54,112 bases of DNA, from NCBI GenBank assembly GCA_045106895.1, contig JBGCFM010000243.1, forward strand, positions 1 to 54,112, given 5' to 3'. The first letter of the stretch is position 1. Each line of letters begins with the position of its first letter. The notes under the pieces are model-generated. The model made no database searches. It had not been told where the DNA came from and saw only the letters and a program-made list of their open reading frames with translations. The position numbers were made by a program, and so were the translations under genes. Origin of the DNA: Polyangiales bacterium. Lineage in GTDB: Bacteria > Myxococcota_A > Polyangia > Polyangiales > Houyiibacteriaceae. Below, piece by piece: positions 1 to 9,660 of this stretch.

Positions 1-394
1 TCCATTCCCCAAATCCAAGCGCCCCAAATTTCCCACACGTCCGCTCCCACCGTAAAAGCCACATCACTCCGCGCCCCAAACCCGCGCACCAAACGCAACA
101 AGGCCTCGCGCCCAAGCACGAAGCCTCCATTCCACCAAAACCCGCCCGCGACTAAAGCGCTTCGGCGACCTGCTCCCCAAGCAGTCCGTCCTGAGTACTC
201 GTAGCGTTTGAAGGGTCGAACCGTCGTTCCTGGTCCCAGCGCCGGCGGAAGCCGTAGCTGGACACGCGTAACCTCATTCTCCAACGCAACGACGGACAAA
301 AAGCCGGACACATTCGCCAATACAGAGCCGGCTTCCAAACGACGGACGCAACTATGCGCGACCTGGGCCGTCACCAAGCCGCGCGAGCACTCTG

Positions 395-1744
395 TCAGTC
401 GTCTGGCTCGTCGCTAGCCCGCCTTCCGCTTCCTGAAGGGCCCGGAGAGCTCGGCTGCTGCGTCGGGTATCGCGTCCGCAACACGACAATGCGTCGCGGC
501 GGCTTGTCCGGTGGCGTGCGGCGCCGACCGCGCAGCGTTTGCACGTCGACCTCGTCCGTGGCCATTGGCAGCTCGTCCGTGTCGCCGCCGGTGACGTGGG
601 AAATCGTTCCGGCGGCGCGCGAACCGGCGAAGTTGGCGGCTTCGCAGACCTCTTCAAAGCACGGCGCTTCGTCGTCGATGGCGTTCTTCACGTTCTCCAG
701 ACACCGGTGCCTCCCTTCCCGCCGCTCCCGGTCACTCGAGTTGTGCTGCAATGTCCGCAGCGCTTCCTCGCTGAATCCCGGGGCCATGACAATAGCGCCG
801 GGCTTTGGTTCGGCCTCGACACGAACGCCGAAGAGTCGGGCCATCTTGTCCGTGCCATAGGGAAAGACGCGCTCGCGGTTTCCTTGCCGGAAGTCGAGAC
901 TCGCGAGGCGATGCTCCTCACGAAACGCCGTCGTCTCCATGGAAGAAACGATCCGGGTTTCGCGCGCGACCATCCCGCGTGCGCCGATACGAAACGACGG
1001 TACCGTGCCGCCGCGCGTAGACCTGCGCGTGCGGGGCTCGTCAAAAGGATGAATCTTCAAGACGGCTCGTGCGCCTCGGCAAGGTCGCGTCCGTTGCCGG
1101 AGAATCTGCCGAATCGCAACGGTTTCGAGCTTTCGCATGTGAAAGATGAGCCGCTCGATGTCCCAGTCGAAGAGCGCCAAGAGCACGGCGGGCGCGCGAA
1201 AGTCGAGCTCGCGCGTCTTCGGCTGATAACGCAGGTCGAAGTACACATCTTCCGGCGCGTCGACTTTCACGACGCACCCCGGTCGCCACATCGACCAATC
1301 GAAGACGAAGCCCGGCATGTCTTCAGGGCGATCGACGAGTCCGGCAGCCACGGCCTGAACGCGTTCGTAGATGAACTGCGTTATCATCGCTTCGGCGTCG
1401 AGCAGGCGCATGCGATGGGGGCGGTCGCCGTCCCAGACGTGGTCCATCGCGTCGAAGCCACGGTCCTGCAAGAGCGTGTTCACAAAGCAACTCATCGGCT
1501 GGTGAAGTCGGTGCAAGAACGCCGACACGTTTCCACGCTTCGCGCCGAAGGACGTGTGGTGATGGTTGATGACGAGCGCGGTGAGATGGACGTCAATGTC
1601 CAGGGCCGTCGCGGCCCCGGCGAGGTTGTAAAGCCAACCCTGCTCGACTCGTGGGTCCCAATGACCGAGCGCGGCTTTTCGCATCGTCGTTCGGCGCGTC
1701 AGTGCTTCCGTCACTAGCGGAATGGCCGTGCGCGGACTGGTCAC
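395..1744 (-). mobile_element. HUH (Y1) tyrosine transposase, RAYT/IS200-like, with a long C-terminal extension
   Basis: N-terminal 'LTRRTTMRKAAL' resembles the RAYT 'xTxRC' strand; HUH motif 'VINHHHT'; 'HVWDGDRPH' and 'FIYERVQAVAAGLVDRPEDMPG' occupy the place of 'YxxxNPVxAGLV..PEDWP'; 'FPYGT' motif late in the protein. GTG start. Confidence 0.75.
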
Positions 1745-1912
1745 GCTTCGGTGGGTGCGAAGAATGTTCCGTCAGCAATGGGGCGTTTTATGCGGCGCTT
1801 AGTGGAAGGCTTCGTTCACTTCGCCGGTGGACGCCGGCGGACGCCGATGGCGAGGGCCGGCATGAACGTTGCTGTGGTGGGGAGTCGTCGAGTACTCGGG
1901 TTCGACCAACCC

Positions 1913-4267
1913 TCAGTTCCCCCAGCTCCCCGCCTCAACACTCAGCAAAAACGCGTAGTCACCAAGCAGCGCCTGGCCGGCTTCGGACAGCGGCACGCGG
2001 AACGCAGCGTTGATCATGACCGGCTCGAACTCGTAGGAGACCGCGAGGCTCAGGCTTGGGATGACCAGTCGGTCTGCTCGCCGCTCGCCGTATGTCAGGT
2101 CGAACTCAAGACCAGCGTTCAACCCTTCGATGATGCGTGACTCGACGCCGTAAGCCGAAATCCAGGAGGTGAGCGTGTCGGTGTCGCGGGTTCGAATCGA
2201 CGCGCCTTGGCGCATTCGCAGCCGTACACGGTCGGCGATGGTCAAGCCGAAGTGCGCGCTTGGAATCAGGCGGACGGAACCGATGCCGTCTGGGCCCGAG
2301 GGAAAGAGCGCCCCCATGTCGAGGACGAAGTCGAAGCTGTCGAAGTTGGGACGGTATCCGATGGACGCTGCCACATCTCCGGAGCCTCGCGTCGCGAGGG
2401 TGGGTCCGGCGAAGTCATAGGCCGCGGAAGCTTCGAGCTGCAGCTGGCGCGAGAAGAGCGCGGCGTGGGCACCGACGCTTCCGCGCACCCGGACGTCGCT
2501 CGCCGCCTCCACGGTGGCGCCAAGCCATCCGTAGACGCCGTCTCGGCTGGTGTCTCGCAGGCCGCCGTGGTCCGGCAGGCCCATGGTGCCGATGACCTGG
2601 GTCCACGGTGCGTCGGGCACGACGACTTCGGGCTCTGGGGTCTCGACGACGACGGGAACTTCGTCCGCCGCGAGGAGCTCAAAGGACACCTGGGCCAAGG
2701 CGTTGCCGCCGTCGACCCAGGAGAGGGTGGCGGGACTCGGCGCATCTTCCAGAGCGCGTACACGAACGAGGTAGCCATCGTCGTTCTGCTCCACGTCGAC
2801 GACCTCAAGACCTTCTCCTTCAAACTGCGCGCTGCCGCTTGCGTCACTGGACGCCGTCTGGACCTGAACTTCCTGAATGTCCCCGCGCGTCAGCGACGTT
2901 GTATCGCTTTGCATCTGCGAACCGATGACGCGCATCGTCACAACGGAAGCGCCGCCGGCCGAGTCGCATTCGAGGTCCAGGGAGCCGACGCTAGTGAGCG
3001 TGAGCTCCGAGTTTCGTTCGTCACCGACGCCGCAGCGCACGCCGTCGGGGAAGACAAGTCGAGCGCCCAGTGGAACCTCGGCAGCGTCAGCCACCTCCAC
3101 GGAAGGGTCGCCAGCGTCGAAGCTAGCGTCGACGCTCTGGCCCTCTGTCGCGACGCCGATGACGTCGACGCGGATCTCCCAAGACTCACTTGGAACACTC
3201 TCGAAGGAGCTGGCGTCGATGGTCGACACACGAACCCGGTAGTCGCCGGGAGGCAGTCGATGCATCTCAAAGCGGCTCACCGAGCTGGGAACCTCAACGC
3301 GAGCGACGAGCTGCTCGTTGTCTCCTTCGACGCGGACTGCCTCGACTTGGTAGACGTGGGCCGCTTCGACGGGTGTCCAGCCTCCGGCAACGCGGGTGTA
3401 GGTGGGGGTTCCCACAAAGCGTGAAGGCTGCTCCAGCCAAGTCGGTGCGGCGGGCAAGGGACGAGGTGGGGTGGGCCGGCGGTTGCGCCGGACCTCGGAG
3501 CCCATTCCAGCGGGAACGCTCACGCGGCCACCGGAACTGCCGCGCACTTCCGCGGCGGCGCCGGTGTGATTCGAAACACGCGTAGTCGCGGACTCATCAA
3601 CGCTCGTGACGGAGCCACCTTCGCCGAGGGCGACCGTCGAGCTCGGTGTCTCCACGGAGAAGCGCTCACCCTCTCGGAGACCCGAGAGGCGCGTTCGCAA
3701 GGAGCCTCGCTCCAGGACAGCTTCGGTGCCGCTGCGTCGCTGGGAGTTTCCGGCGGAACCGTAGACGACGACGAGCGTGTCGTTTCGAAGGGTGATGATG
3801 GTGCGGTCCGCAAACGTAAGCTCGGCGTATGCGTTCGCGAGGGTGTTCACGTGCGTGCCGCGGTCGAGGTCCTGACCAAGCGCGGCGTCGGTCCAGTTCG
3901 CTCGCTCGCCTTGGCGTCGACGGACGTCTCGTCGGAGCGCAGTGATCTGTGCCGCAGCTGCATCGCTTTCCGTGGCGCGTCGTGGCAAGCAGATGAACGT
4001 GCCGGGACGAAAGCGGTGCGGCGTCGGGCCCAGATCAGGATTGTACTCGTGGATGAGGTCGTAACGCTGGCGGTCCCCAAACTGACGCTGCGCGATCCGC
4101 GTGCAGCGGTCACGAGGTTGAATCTCGTAGGGAACGACTTCCACCTCGGCCGTGCTCATGAGGGCACACTCCGACGGATCTCGCCCAGCGTACTGCGCTT
4201 CTGCGCGCGTGCTTTGAACAAACGAAACTGCGAGTAGGGGGAGGATAAGTAAGTGAAGTCGATTCAT
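1913..4267 (-). CDS. Exported LysM + FecR + FN3/Ig-like protein with a possible C-terminal outer-membrane beta domain
   Basis: Start moved to ATG 4267, which overlaps the kinase stop (ATGA). Signal peptide MNRLHLLILPLLAVSFVQSTRAEA. LysM-like 'YEIQPRDRCTRIAQRQFG...YNPDL...PGTFICLP'; FecR-like 'VNTLANAYAELTFADRTIITLRNDT...LERGSL...VETPSS'; FN3-like 'LPPGDYRVRVSTID'; alternating hydrophobic strands at the C-terminus. Confidence 0.75.
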   Translation of the reverse strand: MNRLHLLILPLLAVSFVQSTRAEAQYAGRDPSECALMSTAEVEVVPYEIQPRDRCTRIAQRQFGDRQRYDLIHEYNPDLGPTPHRFRPGTFICLPRRATESDAAAAQITALRRDVRRRQGERANWTDAALGQDLDRGTHVNTLANAYAELTFADRTIITLRNDTLVVVYGSAGNSQRRSGTEAVLERGSLRTRLSGLREGERFSVETPSSTVALGEGGSVTSVDESATTRVSNHTGAAAEVRGSSGGRVSVPAGMGSEVRRNRRPTPPRPLPAAPTWLEQPSRFVGTPTYTRVAGGWTPVEAAHVYQVEAVRVEGDNEQLVARVEVPSSVSRFEMHRLPPGDYRVRVSTIDASSFESVPSESWEIRVDVIGVATEGQSVDASFDAGDPSVEVADAAEVPLGARLVFPDGVRCGVGDERNSELTLTSVGSLDLECDSAGGASVVTMRVIGSQMQSDTTSLTRGDIQEVQVQTASSDASGSAQFEGEGLEVVDVEQNDDGYLVRVRALEDAPSPATLSWVDGGNALAQVSFELLAADEVPVVVETPEPEVVVPDAPWTQVIGTMGLPDHGGLRDTSRDGVYGWLGATVEAASDVRVRGSVGAHAALFSRQLQLEASAAYDFAGPTLATRGSGDVAASIGYRPNFDSFDFVLDMGALFPSGPDGIGSVRLIPSAHFGLTIADRVRLRMRQGASIRTRDTDTLTSWISAYGVESRIIEGLNAGLEFDLTYGERRADRLVIPSLSLAVSYEFEPVMINAAFRVPLSEAGQALLGDYAFLLSVEAGSWGN

Positions 4268-5559
4268 TGCGTTCGCTTTCGTTTCCGGCGGTGACGCCGT
4301 ACCGCGCGCCATACTTTGCGCGATATATCTGCAGGCTGAAGAGGGGTGCGCACGACGTCGGCGATACCGTGTTTCAACCACTGGGCGGTCTTGGACGCCT
4401 CTTCATCCGCGGGAACCTGAAGAATGATGGGGATGTCTCCACCTTCGTGCTCCGGGAGTTGCTCGGCTGTTAAGAGCAGGGCGTCCACGTCTTCACTCAT
4501 CTCACAAGGCTGGATGCCGTTGGTGCGAAGGCCGAGGTCCACAGAGGGGAGCAGCGGCGCAGAGATCGCCAGGCGGAGATCCGTAGCGGTGGTGGGCGGA
4601 GGAGGGAGCGTCTGTCCAAGAGAGGGGTGCGCAGCCGAGATCATTCGCGCTGCGCGACCGCGGAGTGGCTCATCGGCTCGGCCTCGTTCAGGACGCGAAG
4701 GGTCGAGGCTCAGAATGGTCTCGCGCACAGCAGAGATCGAAGGACGCTCCTCCGGTTTCTTGTTGAGCATCTCGAGGCAGAGTGTGTCTAGCGTGTGCGG
4801 GAGGTTGAGGTCGGGTCGCATCTCCCGAATGCTCTTCGGTGCCGCGTAGAGGTGCTTCGTCAGCACCTGAATGGGTTCTCCGTGAAAGGGCGCGACCCCC
4901 GTGAGCATCTCGTATGCGAGACATCCCAAGGAGTACACATCGGATGCGGTGCCAATGTTGTCGTCGGAGGATGCTTGTTCGGGAGACATATAATCCGGAG
5001 TCCCCATGATGACGCCGACCTTGGTCACTCGATTCAATCCGCGCTCTTCATTGACGATAAAAGCGAGCCCAAAGTCGACGACCACGGCACGGTCCGTTCC
5101 GCGGTCCGTGCGTTCCAGAAAGATGTTCTCGGGTTTGAGGTCTCGGTGGACGAGGCCGCCCTTGTGAGCGGCGATGAGAGCGTCCGCGATCTGAGTCAAG
5201 ATCGAGAGAGTTCTCGGGATAGGCTGCACCGGAATGTCGGTGTCAACGATGCTGCGCAGGGGCTGACCTTGCAGCATCTCCATCGCCAAGAAGAGCTCGC
5301 CATCTCCATCACCGAAATCGTAGATCTGAACGATATTGCTGTGCTTGATGGTCGCGCTGACCTGCGCTTCCCGAATGAAACGCGCCCGCGCGACGGGGTC
5401 CACGGCGTATTGTCGATGAAGGAGTTTTAACGCGACGGGGCGGTCGAGGTTGAGCTGCGTCGCTTCCCACACGGCGCCCATTCCGCCTACGCCCAGTTCA
5501 CGGACAAGGAGGTAGCGCTCTGCGATGATGTCGCCGGCGACGGGCTCTGTTTCGCTCAT
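4264..5559 (-). CDS. Ser/Thr protein kinase (Hanks type) with a degenerate receiver-like C-terminal domain
   Basis: GVGGMGAV, VALK, HRDLKPENI, DFGLA, GTPDYMSPE, SDVYSLG motifs. The C-terminus 'IPIILQV...WLKHGIADVVRTPLQPADI' resembles the end of a receiver domain. Confidence 0.93.
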   Translation of the reverse strand: MSETEPVAGDIIAERYLLVRELGVGGMGAVWEATQLNLDRPVALKLLHRQYAVDPVARARFIREAQVSATIKHSNIVQIYDFGDGDGELFLAMEMLQGQPLRSIVDTDIPVQPIPRTLSILTQIADALIAAHKGGLVHRDLKPENIFLERTDRGTDRAVVVDFGLAFIVNEERGLNRVTKVGVIMGTPDYMSPEQASSDDNIGTASDVYSLGCLAYEMLTGVAPFHGEPIQVLTKHLYAAPKSIREMRPDLNLPHTLDTLCLEMLNKKPEERPSISAVRETILSLDPSRPERGRADEPLRGRAARMISAAHPSLGQTLPPPPTTATDLRLAISAPLLPSVDLGLRTNGIQPCEMSEDVDALLLTAEQLPEHEGGDIPIILQVPADEEASKTAQWLKHGIADVVRTPLQPADISRKVWRAVRRHRRKRKRTQ

Positions 5560-7349
5560 GTTCGTACCTCGAGAAGATGGACCGTTCCTGTGCGTCCTAC
5601 AAGCTCACGCTCGCCGAGGTCGCCATATTCGAAGGTGTCACCCGCCGCTTCAGCAGTCGCCTGGGTCACGAGGATCTGCTGCGGGCGAGCGATGGCTTCG
5701 AGTCGCGCGGCGACGTTTACAACATCACCGATCGCCGTGAACTGCATGCGTGTCTCGGAGCCCACGTTACCGACGATGGCTTCGCCGGTGTGTACGCCGA
5801 TGGCGAGCTGAATTCGCACGCCATACTTCTTGAGCCACGCTTCGTTGCCGGTCTCGAGCCACAGGATCATCTCTTCTGCGGCGTTGAGCGCGCGCTCTGC
5901 GTGGTCCGGCTGATCCGCCGGTGCGTTCCAGATGGCCATGACACAGTCACCGATGAACTTGTCCACGGTGCCTCCATGGCGAAATACAATCTCTGTCAGG
6001 AACGTGAACATCTCGTTCAGCACGGAGACGACGACCTCCGGTGAGTACTGCTCGGTCATCGGCGTGAAGTTGACGACGTCGGCGAAGAGAACCGTGATCT
6101 CTCGTTTGCTCCCACCGAGGGCCATGTCCTGTTTGCGGTCGACGACGCGCTCGACGATTTCCGCCGGAAGATAACGGCCAAGGTCCGAACGAATGGCGTG
6201 CTCGTTTCGAATCGCCTCCTCGCTCTCTTTGAGCTCCATCGAGGCGCCGCTGAGTGCGTCGCCGAGGGTCCGCAACTCGTCACTGCTCTTGATGTCCACG
6301 GTTGCACCCAGCTCACGTCGGCCGATTCGGCCCGCGAGCTGGACGAGTGCGCCAATGGGTTTGGTGATGGAGCGGGCGAGGGCGAGGCCGACGAAGAGCG
6401 CCAAGAGCGTCAGGATAAGCGCGAGGGCAAAGACGACGCGCTGCATGGTGGTGACTGCGGAGAACGCGATCTCCGTGGGGACCTGAACAACGATGCCCCA
6501 CCCGTAGCGGGGTACGCTGGAGAGAGTTCCAAGATACTCGACGCCATCCACAGAATAGATGCGTTGTTGGGCAAACGAAGTTCGAAACTCTGCATGCTGA
6601 ACATCGGCGATGAGCGGGTGTTCCAGCACTCGAATCTCGCCTTCGAGTCCTTCGCCGGACTCTGCGACGACATGGAACTCGTGGTCGATGACGTAAAGGC
6701 GTCGTGCCGGCGACTCGAAGCGCGCCTCCGCGAGGCGGGTCACGTGACCTTGAACCTCGGCGAGGGAAACGTGCGAGGCGGCGTAGCCACGAGGCTCCTC
6801 GTTTGCGTCACGCAAGGGAACGACAACAAGGAGGCGCGCGCCGTAGTCCGCCGCCGTTGGAGCGCCAATCGCGGCACCATCATGGTAGGCGGTGGTCCGC
6901 AGCTCCGCGCTCAGCTGGGCTTCGGACTCCGGAATGTCCGCACCGGACTCACGTACCACGTCGATGAGTGCGCCGTCGCCATCGTAGATCGCCACATGGT
7001 CGAGCCCAGCGACCCCTTCGATGGTCTGCATCGCCGCACGGATCGCGTGCTCTTCCGGAAGCTCGGCGTTCATGAGGAGCCGGCCGACGGAGTCGATGGC
7101 GTCCTGCGCGCCGGTAAGTTGGTTGCGAAGCGAGCCGGCGATATCGCCGATGAGCGCGAGCTGAAACGACTCCGCTGCGTCCTCCAACGCCGTCTGGGCT
7201 TTCTGGACCAAGACCGCGCCCGCGAGGGGGATCGGAATGAGCGTGATCGCGGCGGTCAGGAGCGCCAGTTTTCGCCTCAGAGAGAACGACGGGGGGCGCG
7301 GAGCCGCGATCTTTGTTGCGGTCTCGCTCTTCGCTGGGTCACTCGCCAT
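5556..7349 (-). CDS. Membrane-bound class III adenylate/guanylate cyclase (TM, periplasmic Cache-like sensor, TM, HAMP, cyclase)
   Basis: 'ITVLFADVVNFT', 'GGTVDKFIGDCVMA', 'IGVHTGEAIVGNVG', 'FTAIGDVVNVAARLE'; HAMP 'SITKPIGAL...DELRTL'; two TM helices. The Lys in DKFIGD and Thr in FTAIGD suggest ATP specificity. Confidence 0.93.
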   Translation of the reverse strand: MASDPAKSETATKIAAPRPPSFSLRRKLALLTAAITLIPIPLAGAVLVQKAQTALEDAAESFQLALIGDIAGSLRNQLTGAQDAIDSVGRLLMNAELPEEHAIRAAMQTIEGVAGLDHVAIYDGDGALIDVVRESGADIPESEAQLSAELRTTAYHDGAAIGAPTAADYGARLLVVVPLRDANEEPRGYAASHVSLAEVQGHVTRLAEARFESPARRLYVIDHEFHVVAESGEGLEGEIRVLEHPLIADVQHAEFRTSFAQQRIYSVDGVEYLGTLSSVPRYGWGIVVQVPTEIAFSAVTTMQRVVFALALILTLLALFVGLALARSITKPIGALVQLAGRIGRRELGATVDIKSSDELRTLGDALSGASMELKESEEAIRNEHAIRSDLGRYLPAEIVERVVDRKQDMALGGSKREITVLFADVVNFTPMTEQYSPEVVVSVLNEMFTFLTEIVFRHGGTVDKFIGDCVMAIWNAPADQPDHAERALNAAEEMILWLETGNEAWLKKYGVRIQLAIGVHTGEAIVGNVGSETRMQFTAIGDVVNVAARLEAIARPQQILVTQATAEAAGDTFEYGDLGERELVGRTGTVHLLEVRT

Positions 7350-7513
7350 ATACGAGCGAGTGCACGTAACATACCCAGCGAAATCGTAGGGTTTCTTTCG
7401 CTTTCGTTGGCCGAAGCGAGGGCACTTGCCTACGCTTGTGGTGAGTTCCCTACGTGCCAGTTTTTTTGGAGGAACGACTCAAACGTTCGGCGCCGTGGAC
7501 TTGAGCGTGGGCT

Positions 7514-8095
7514 CTACAGAAGACCGAAGCTGGCTTTGCGACGCATCGTGTCGAGCCGCGTCGCAGTCTCCTTCGCGTCGCCGCCGTCGAAGCGACGTGG
7601 AAGCGCGATCCCTTCGCCCTCGAGGAAGGTAAGCGCGACGACGTCCAGGTTCGGGTCGTAGAAGATGCGATCCATTGCGTCCCACCGGAGAGTGGTGTCA
7701 CCTTCGTCGAACTGCATCACCAACGCATCGTCACGAAGGAGAATCCATTCGTCGCGTCGCCACACCCGGCCGAGGACGACAAAGGCCAGGGTGGGGCCAG
7801 ACGCCACGAGAGTCAGACCGCTCAGGAAGAGGACCCAAGGAGAGACCGTCGTGTCGCTCGTCTCCGGTCGCGGGGGAACGACCGGTTCACCGTTACTCTG
7901 TGCGTATTGGCGAGTGTCGCGATGAAGGCCTGCCGGGTCGAGGACTTCGAGTCGTCCGAAACCGTAGCCGACGATAATAGCGCCGAGGACCATCGGAAGC
8001 GCACCGAGGAGAATCACGGCGATGCGTTTGGTGTCGTCGGGTCGGATAAACCCGATGACGCGCGTGTTCTTCGGGACGTCCGGAGCGCGAGTCAT
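7514..8095 (-). CDS. Hypothetical membrane protein (2 TM, possible bacterial PH-like C-terminus)
   Basis: Clean ORF co-oriented with its neighbours; two hydrophobic segments. Confidence 0.7.
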   Translation of the reverse strand: MTRAPDVPKNTRVIGFIRPDDTKRIAVILLGALPMVLGAIIVGYGFGRLEVLDPAGLHRDTRQYAQSNGEPVVPPRPETSDTTVSPWVLFLSGLTLVASGPTLAFVVLGRVWRRDEWILLRDDALVMQFDEGDTTLRWDAMDRIFYDPNLDVVALTFLEGEGIALPRRFDGGDAKETATRLDTMRRKASFGLL

Positions 8096-8152
8096 GACCG
8101 AAGGATGTAGGCGAATGCGATAACGGACAAGGGCATCACGAAGGAATCGTCG

Positions 8153-9568
8153 TCAGGGCTCTTCGTCCCTCGGCGCGTCGTCGCTCGGCGCATCCTCGCT
8201 CGGAAGTTGCGCGCTTAGGTCGTCTACATCGGGGTTGCCGGGGTCGAAACGTTCAGCCTCGGCAAGGGCGGCACGAGCGCCGTCTGCGTCCCCATCCGCG
8301 AGGAGCGCGCGCGCGCGATCCAGCGCATCCTTCGCCGCCTCTTCGCGATCATGCGGCGTCATGGTCTCCTCGATGTCGGCCTCCGCGTCTGGTTGCTCGA
8401 CGTCCGCATCTTCATCGGCGTCGGCGGGCGCCGCGTCTTCTACGTTAGGAGCCGCGTCGACGGCTGCGTCGACCTCCGCGTCGAGCAAGAGCGCTGCGTC
8501 ATCCACAACGAGTGCGTCGAGACCTGCGTCCACGCTGCTCCCGTCCACCACAACGACAACGGGGTCCCCGTCGTTTCGGAACATGTATACAAGGCCGACG
8601 CCGAGGGCCACGAGGGCGACGAGGAGGGCCATGAACCCAGCTTTGCTCGACTCCTTGGGCGGGTCGGTGACGAGGCTAACGCGTCTCGAAGGAGGACGCG
8701 CAAACTCGTCGGGTCGCACGACGCCGGATACTTCGTAGGCGGCTCGCACCGCGGCGGCGAACTCGTCGGCGGACTCGAAGCGTCCCGTGGCTTCCTTCGA
8801 CAGACCTTCGAGAAGGAGCGTGTCCACTTCCTTCGGAATCTTCGCCGGATCGTCGGCGACCTCTTGGGGCGAGCGCGGCTCGTCGTGGATCACTTTGTGC
8901 GCGACGGAGAGAGCGTCGTCCCCGGGGAACGCGCGCTTGCCCGTCGCGGCTTCATACAACACCGCCGCAAACGAGAAGAGGTCACTGCGGATGCTGTAGG
9001 CACCTTCAGCGAGCGTCTCCGGCGCGGCGTAACAGGGCGTCCCTAAAAACTGTCCTTCGCGCGTCAGCGTGGCGTTCGGAACTCGCGCGATGCCGAAGTC
9101 GGCGAGCTTCGCCTGCCCATCCGGGGTGATGAGCAAATTGTCGGGCTTGATGTCCCGATGAATGATGCCGGCTTCATGAGCGACGGCGAGAGCGTCACCG
9201 ATCTCTTCCGCGAGACGGACGACGGCCCGCGGTTCGAGGGCGCCCTTGCTGCGGAGGATGTGCTTGAGCGTCGAGCCCGCGACATATTCGAACACGAGGT
9301 AGGGCCCGATCGGATCCTCTTCGCCGACGTCGTACACCTGAACAATGTTGGGGTGCTGCAGGCGGGCTGCGGCGCGCGCTTCGTTGCGGAAACGTTCGAG
9401 GAAGAGCGAGAGCGCTTCCGATTCCATCTCAAGGTTTCGGACGGTCTTGATCGCGACGGGGCGGTCCAACTCGGGGTCGCGGCCTAGATACACGAATCCC
9501 ATGGCGCCGGCGCCAAGGAGGCGATCGACCGAATAACGACCTATTTGCTGGGGGATGCTCTCTTCCAT
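8153..9568 (-). CDS. Transmembrane Ser/Thr protein kinase with an acidic linker and a TPR-like C-terminus
   Basis: GAGAMGFV, VAIK, HRDIKPDN, DFGIA, GTPCYAAPE; TM 'FMALLVALVALGVGLVYMF'; 'ARAALAEAERFDPGN' is TPR-like. Confidence 0.93.
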   Translation of the reverse strand: MEESIPQQIGRYSVDRLLGAGAMGFVYLGRDPELDRPVAIKTVRNLEMESEALSLFLERFRNEARAAARLQHPNIVQVYDVGEEDPIGPYLVFEYVAGSTLKHILRSKGALEPRAVVRLAEEIGDALAVAHEAGIIHRDIKPDNLLITPDGQAKLADFGIARVPNATLTREGQFLGTPCYAAPETLAEGAYSIRSDLFSFAAVLYEAATGKRAFPGDDALSVAHKVIHDEPRSPQEVADDPAKIPKEVDTLLLEGLSKEATGRFESADEFAAAVRAAYEVSGVVRPDEFARPPSRRVSLVTDPPKESSKAGFMALLVALVALGVGLVYMFRNDGDPVVVVVDGSSVDAGLDALVVDDAALLLDAEVDAAVDAAPNVEDAAPADADEDADVEQPDAEADIEETMTPHDREEAAKDALDRARALLADGDADGARAALAEAERFDPGNPDVDDLSAQLPSEDAPSDDAPRDEEP

Positions 9569-9660
9569 CGCCCGAAAGGGAAGAGCCTTCTAACACAATT
9601 GCGGCCATGATCGACGTCTCGCGCCATCGACGTCTCGCCGGAGCGTGATACGAAGCCCCC

